This document shows, one piece after another, positions 57,549 to 64,000 of a DNA stretch of 64,000 nt. Made by a program: the position numbers and the translations under genes. The stretch's first letter is position 1, and every line of letters starts with the position of its first letter. The stretch is from the NCBI GenBank assembly GCA_951406725.2, contig OX597819.1, positions 14,446,001-14,510,000 of the forward strand, given 5' to 3'. The DNA is from Octopus vulgaris (Eukaryota). The notes beneath the pieces are model-generated. The model saw nothing but the letters and a program-made list of their open reading frames with translations, was not told the DNA's origin and made no database searches.

Positions 57549-57551
<3 letters not shown>
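57212..57551 (-). mobile_element. 5' part of the TAA-associated non-coding repeat
   Basis: Reverse complement of about 23000-23305. Its 5' end abuts (TAA)n at 57551-57640. Confidence 0.8.
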
Positions 57552-57641
<90 letters not shown>

Positions 57642-57699
57642 CATTGTCGTTGTCGTTGTTGTTGTTATCATTATATTGTTTTTGCACAACTTCTAACGC

Positions 57700-58026
57700 T
57701 TGTCGGAGCCCTGGGATCAGTGAGTAAAAATCTTGAGAAGTACATGGAACAAATAAGGGGCTGCAATAAGGGTGGAGCACTTGCAGATAACTGCACTGCT
57801 TGGAACTGCTCGAATACTCCGGAAGGTACTCGAAAAATAAGGGGTGTTACCTTAGTTCACTACCAGTGAACTAAGGTAACACCCCTTATTTTTCGAGCAC
57901 CTTCCAGAGTATTCGAGCGGTTCCAAGCAGTGCAGTTATCTGCAAGTGCTCCACCCTTATTGCAGCCCCTTATTTGTTCCATGTACTTCTCAAGATTTTT
58001 ACTCACTGATCCCAGGGCTCCGACAA
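57700..58026. repeat. 327-bp hairpin (162-bp arms, 3-nt loop) made from an RLE retrotransposon 3' end
   Basis: 57700-57861 versus 57865-58026, with three mismatches. Confidence 0.97.
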
Positions 58027-58151
58027 TTATTGGTATTACTACTAGTACCACCTTTTTCAGCGACCACAACTGCTCAACTTCCCTAGCTAACCTGTTATAT
58101 CTTTCGACCTTTCTTTCTTCCTTATCGCATACCTTGTTGTCAGCTGGGCAT
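57862..58151 (-). mobile_element. 5'-truncated R4/Dong-type retrotransposon fragment abutting (TAA)n
   Basis: Minus strand reads CPADNKVCDKEERKVERY..LAREVEQLWSLKKVVLVVIPIIVGALGSV, then after a frameshift LQITALLGTARILWKVLEK*. Confidence 0.85.
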
Positions 58152-58152
58152 G

Positions 58153-58223
<71 letters not shown>

Positions 58224-58261
58224 TACTACTACTATTATTATTATTATCATCATCATCATCA

Positions 58262-58337
<76 letters not shown>

Positions 58338-58892
58338 CATTTCAGTTATATGTACAAGATTTGAAAGTTGTGTGACTGTCGACAGCACAGATCCGAGTGC
58401 TTGACTGATTCTTTATTTTATCGACCCTTGACGGATGATAAGTGAAGATGACCTTAACGTGATGTGAACTCAGAACGTACAAAAAAAAAAGCAACGCACG
58501 GCATTTTGTCCGACGACTCTAAGTAGGAGTAGTCACGTCAGATGAAGCACAGAATTATAAATACTTTGGAACCAATGAACCCGGCTGAGCACATCACACA
58601 AATACGAATGAAAAACAAATGCTAGCAACGAATATTACACACGTATCAAATTAGCGCATCAACAAGAGCCATGGTATTAATAGACTCGCTGAGCCGGTAA
58701 TAAGTTCTAATTAGTGTTATAATATTATCCACTGGATACTAACCTAACTAACATGATTAGACAGGTGAACACGAATGATATTGAATGCGTTTAGAGCGCC
58801 ACCTGAATCAGATAAAGATTGTATTCGCTACAAATACAAGGTGAGGGGGTATGGGAGCCTTGAGTAATCTCTTCGTTTTTTTTTTTAATGAT

Positions 58893-59280
58893 TTACTTGT
58901 TTTAGTCCTTAGACTGCGGCCATGCTGGGGCAGCATATTGAAGAGTTTTTGATCGAATGAATCACCGCCAGTGCTGTCTCTTTAAAGGCTGGTACTTAAT
59001 GCCGTCTGTCTCTTTTGCCAGACCTGAAGGTTATGGGGACGTAAACACAGCAACACTGGTTGAGAAACTGTGATGGGGGACAAAAACAGACACAAAGACA
59101 CACACACATATACGACGGGCTTCTTTCAGTTTCCGTCAACTTAATTCACTCAGAGGGCTTTGGTCGGCCTTAAATTATGGTAAAAAAAACTCTTGCCCAA
59201 AGTGCCACGCAGTGGGACTGATCCTAGAACCATGTGTTCGGGAAGCAAACTTCTTAACTACACAGCCACGCCTGTGCCTA
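58893..59280 (-). mobile_element. SINE family B copy (older)
   Basis: gactgcggccatgctggg...gtgccacgcagtgggactg...cacagccacgcctgtgcct. Confidence 0.85.
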
Positions 59281-59395
59281 TATATAAAAAAACAACAATT
59301 GATATAGAATATTCCCGGAAGGACCACAAAATAAAAAGCAATGGAGAATAGCTACAATAAATAAACAAACAAAATAAGATTGTTTTCTAACTTAA

Positions 59396-59840
59396 CATAT
59401 AAAGTGCGACGGGCCACGATCATAGCCGTCAGGCAGAGGTCGACAGACCACGATCGTGGCCCCAGGTAGATGCATTTAATTTATGGGCATTAGCTGGGGT
59501 CTAATGTCACTCAAACTCTCTGATACTCTCCAGAATGCAAGGGGACTAATGCTTCAGCTAATGACTTTTCAGATTATGTAAAACTTGCCACCATTATATA
59601 CTAAGAAGATATTTTAACTATTTTGTATGTGTGCATGGTAGTCTCATTCTTATAAAAAGTGCTCAGCAGTCCATGCTATGTAAGTGCAAGTCCAAGCACT
59701 TTATGATTTAATGGAAAGAAATTGTCTGTTGTATTGATTTTAGATAAATTTAAATTTATTTCATTAAGACATAAAGTGCGACGGGTCACGATCGTGGCCA
59801 TCGGGCACAGGTCGACAGGCTGTGCCCAGCGCTTTATGGG
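59396..59840. mobile_element. TTAA-flanked piggyBac-like non-autonomous element
   Basis: ttaa on both sides; imperfect TIRs catataaagtgc / gcgctttatggg; a ~50-bp subterminal direct repeat at about 59399 and 59771. Confidence 0.6.
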
Positions 59841-60805
59841 TTAAAGAAGCCGACAAAACAAAGAAATAAAATGGAAGAGGAAGTGAGAAGAGAAGAGAAA
59901 CGTCAGAATTTCTGGGAAAAGCCAGACACAGGGTAGAGAATTCGGAAACCGAAGTGGAGAAGGGTCCCGTGCCAACGGCGGTCGAGCACGGGTCAGTCGG
60001 TTCTAAGAAGCGGGCGAAAGCTTCCACGAAAGGTGCCGGATCCGTCCTTGTAGCGAGCAAGTGGCAGCAAGAAAAGTCCTTGCATGCTCAACGCTTGGTA
60101 AAAACAGAACGAAGTAGAAACAACTTTTTTAAAATATCGCAACGGTAGCTGAGAAGCGCAGAACTCAAAACTGGGACTGAAGGACTCTTGATTGCGGCAC
60201 AAAGGCATATCTTAACCGCCCCAGGAACCACCAAAAGTATGTAACGAATCTGATACCTTAATTAATTGCCGAAGCTGTGTGGAGGTTAGGGGTGGACATT
60301 TAACCGTATTTTTCTCAAGCTTCTTAGTTTCTTTATCTTGGTAAGGAAAGATTTATGGCATACATCACAGGGCTGGTACTTCGATGTGATAGCAACAGAA
60401 AAAGAATTTGTATAAACACAAACGAGAAAGAACCCCAGAGAATGACGAAACGACCTTAATTACTCTGAGATATGACAATAAACAGAGATAGGGAGAGCAA
60501 GGCTAATTGACTTGATTGTGTTGTGAAGAAGTAGCGGGAGAGTAAGTAACTCGTAATCGAAATAACAGTTTCAAGAAGCGGTAAAGAAGCGGAGAAAAAT
60601 CTCCAAATATAAAGATTTGGAAATAGAAATAACCTGCAGATGGCGCTGGGTGGTGGGGCTTACTGAAGATAGAAACCATCCCTAAAATAACAGGTGCCTT
60701 GGGAATGATTAAAAAACATGAATAACACATCCACCCCGCCCACAACCAGACTTACAAATATGCAGAAAATAACACCACACACGCGCACACACACACTCAC
60801 ACACA

Positions 60806-60836
<31 letters not shown>

Positions 60837-61232
60837 GCACACACACACACACGCACATTAGGCAGATTACTGTCAACAGAAACAACCAAGCTAAACCAAA
60901 ACACTGCATGTACCCAAGGCACACGGGGTGCCCTCAGTCGGGTAGTAGAAGCACCCAATAAAAATAAGACAACTTATAACAACAACAACCACAACAACAA
61001 CAACAACAACGTTAATGATAATAATAATAATGAAGTTGATGATGATGGTAATGATGGTGATGAGGATGGTGATGAGGATGGTGATGATGATGATGATGAT
61101 GATGATGATGACGATTGCTTAGGCTGCTGTACATCGTAGACACGCCTGTCTAATAAAACACGTTCGGTTTAATGTTTGATATTTTTAGAAAGACATGTCT
61201 CCAAAATACACGCCAGACTGTATTGGGGGGGG

Positions 61233-61792
<560 letters not shown>

Positions 61793-62396
61793 GACATGTA
61801 TAGTTTGCCAACTAGGCAACGGAGATTATTTTTAGCGCAATAAGGAATGGAGCACGATGGGCGTGTGTGTGGGTGTGGGGGGTTATGAATGTGGGTGAGA
61901 CTATAACAGTAAACCGTGGTGGTTTCGTGGGTGGGGCGCATTTTTTTTTTCTTCTTGTAATGGGTGGAGTGTGGTACGCGCTGAGTGAATAGCTCTGGTG
62001 GCAGAATGGAGTGTAGGCTGAGGCTGGAATATTTGGTGGTGGAGGGCGTAATTGGAGTGGACTGCGTGGGGGTGAGGTGTGTGCACAGAAGTGGAGTAAG
62101 GACTGGAGAGGACGTCTTGTGGTGGTTGAGAGCAGCAGTGAGTGTAGCTGGTGTTGGAGTGGAGTATCAACTGGAGTTGAGCAATTACTGGAGGGAAGAG
62201 CTTGTGATGCTTGAGTGAGAGTGGAATCATCCCAAGCGTGTTGTTGTTGTTGTTGCTGTTGTTGTTTAAACGCAGATCAACGCTAAACTAGTGAAGCTAC
62301 CCATCAAGGTCTTTCCAGCCGTGACTCTCACCTCGTTTTGTATCACGGACTACGTTGGCCAGGATTTCGGTTGAGATGCGATTTAGACATGCTCTT

Positions 62397-62614
62397 TTTG
62401 CTTTTACCTGTTTCAGTCATTTGACTGCGGCCATGCTGGAGCACCGCCTTTAGTCGAGCAAATCGACCCCAGGACTTATTCTTTGTAAGCCTAGTACTTA
62501 TTCTATCGGTCACTTTTTGCCGAACCGCTAAGTTACGGGGACGTAAATACACCAGCATCGGTTGTCGAGCGATGGTGGAGGGGGACAAACACAGACACAC
62601 AAATATATACACAC

Positions 62615-62680
<66 letters not shown>

Positions 62681-62714
62681 GTACATATATATATATACAT
62701 ACATATATACATAC

Positions 62715-62775
<61 letters not shown>

Positions 62776-62945
62776 AATATACATATATACGACGGGTTTC
62801 TTTCAGTTTCCGTCTACCAAATCCACTCACAAGGCTTTGGTCGGCCCGAGGCTACAGTAGAAGACATTTGCCCAAGGTACCACGCAGTGGGACTGAACCC
62901 GGAACAATGTAGCTGGTAAGCTAGCTACTTACCACACAGCCACTC

Positions 62946-62946
<1 letters not shown>
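62397..62946 (-). mobile_element. SINE family B copy
   Basis: Near full-length family-B sequence. Confidence 0.92.
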
Positions 62947-63010
<64 letters not shown>

Positions 63011-63680
63011 AAGAAGAAGAAGAAGAAGAAGAAGAAGAAGAAGAAGAAGAAGAAGAAGAAGAAGAAGAAGAGGTTACTGTTAGAATTATTGTCATCGTCA
63101 TTATCAACATCTTCGCCATAATCATCATCGTCGTCGTCATCATCATCATCATCATCATCGTCATCGTCATCATAGCCAACATATCAATGCCTCTCTCAAC
63201 AGCATCATGTCTACCCCTCTTTCATTCCCACCCCTACTGTCAACCTCCACCCACTCATCCTCACCCCAAGCCCCTTCAATTGCCACCTCACCATTCAACT
63301 CCCATTCTTCGTCTCCCTCAACTATTTCTGTCTACCCGAATCTCTAAATTCCCTTAGAAATGGCATCTCGTCCAATGCTATCAATATCTGTATGAAGCGT
63401 GGAATAAAAGGGACAAACTTGAGGAAACGGCAGACTCCTATGTTTGAAATAATATCAAAGAATGGTGAAACTGAAGTGCTGGCAATGTCTTTGATTTCAG
63501 GAGACGCTATGTACCAACAGTCTCCTACCTACCTACCTGTCAACCTACGTACCAAACATTCTCTACACCGTATACTTTACTACCTACCGACCGACCGACC
63601 GACCTACCGACCTACCGACCTACCTACCTACCTACCTACCTTCCTACCTACCTACCTTCCTACCTACCTACCTACCTACC

Positions 63681-63900
63681 TATTTCTTTACTACCCACAA
63701 GGGGCTAAACACAAAAGGGACAAACAAGGACAGACAAACGGATTAAGTCGATTATATCGACCCCAGTACTTATTTAATCGACCCCGAAAGGATGAAAGGC
63801 AAAGTCGACCTCGGCAGAATTTGAACTCAGAACGTAGCACAGACGAAATACCGCTAAGCATTTCGCCCGGCGTGCTAACGTTTCTGCCGGCTCGCCGCCT
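63681..63900 (-). mobile_element. SINE family A inserted in a (TACC)n microsatellite
   Basis: Near full-length copy flanked by tacctacctacc on both sides. Confidence 0.9.
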
Positions 63901-64000
63901 TATACCTACCTACCTACCCATCCACCTACATGCCTACATACGTACATACATATATATATTTACATATATACATACGTACATACATTCATATATATATACA

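Larger units (their letters stand above)
58550..60780 (+). pseudogene. Highly decayed R4/Dong-type retrotransposon (late RT region to RLE), interrupted by younger insertions
   Basis: Relic motifs YKYFG (about 58557), LRSAELKTGTEGLLIAAQ (about 60149), KEAEKISKYKDLEIEI and ITGALGMIKK (about 60583-60715). Confidence 0.7.

Overview
Repeat-dominated, gene-poor animal genomic DNA. The SINE families and the very high microsatellite load resemble an octopus/coleoid cephalopod genome (inference). I can call no host gene with confidence; almost all listed ORFs are translations of microsatellites or SINEs. The supportable content is: three abundant tRNA-headed SINE families (one forms a 12-unit tandem array at 20.1-22.4 kb); fragments of R4/Dong-type RLE retrotransposons next to (TAA)n tracts; a CR1/L2-type LINE 3' end; a Penelope-like element (PLE) GIY-YIG endonuclease fragment; mariner fragments; hAT and piggyBac MITEs; a Helitron; and a Helentron/DINE-like element. 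The most interesting signals are: (1) about ten minimal type-I hammerhead-ribozyme motifs, mostly in short elements embedded in (TA)n, some with the U3-A8 core covariation and several in head-to-head fold-back pairs; (2) many long, near-perfect palindromes, including a 0.92-kb inverted duplication; (3) a SINE subfamily whose tail is followed by GGTA-like sequence, giving serial same-site insertions and a satellite-like array. All RNA structures were read by eye; nothing was folded or searched computationally.
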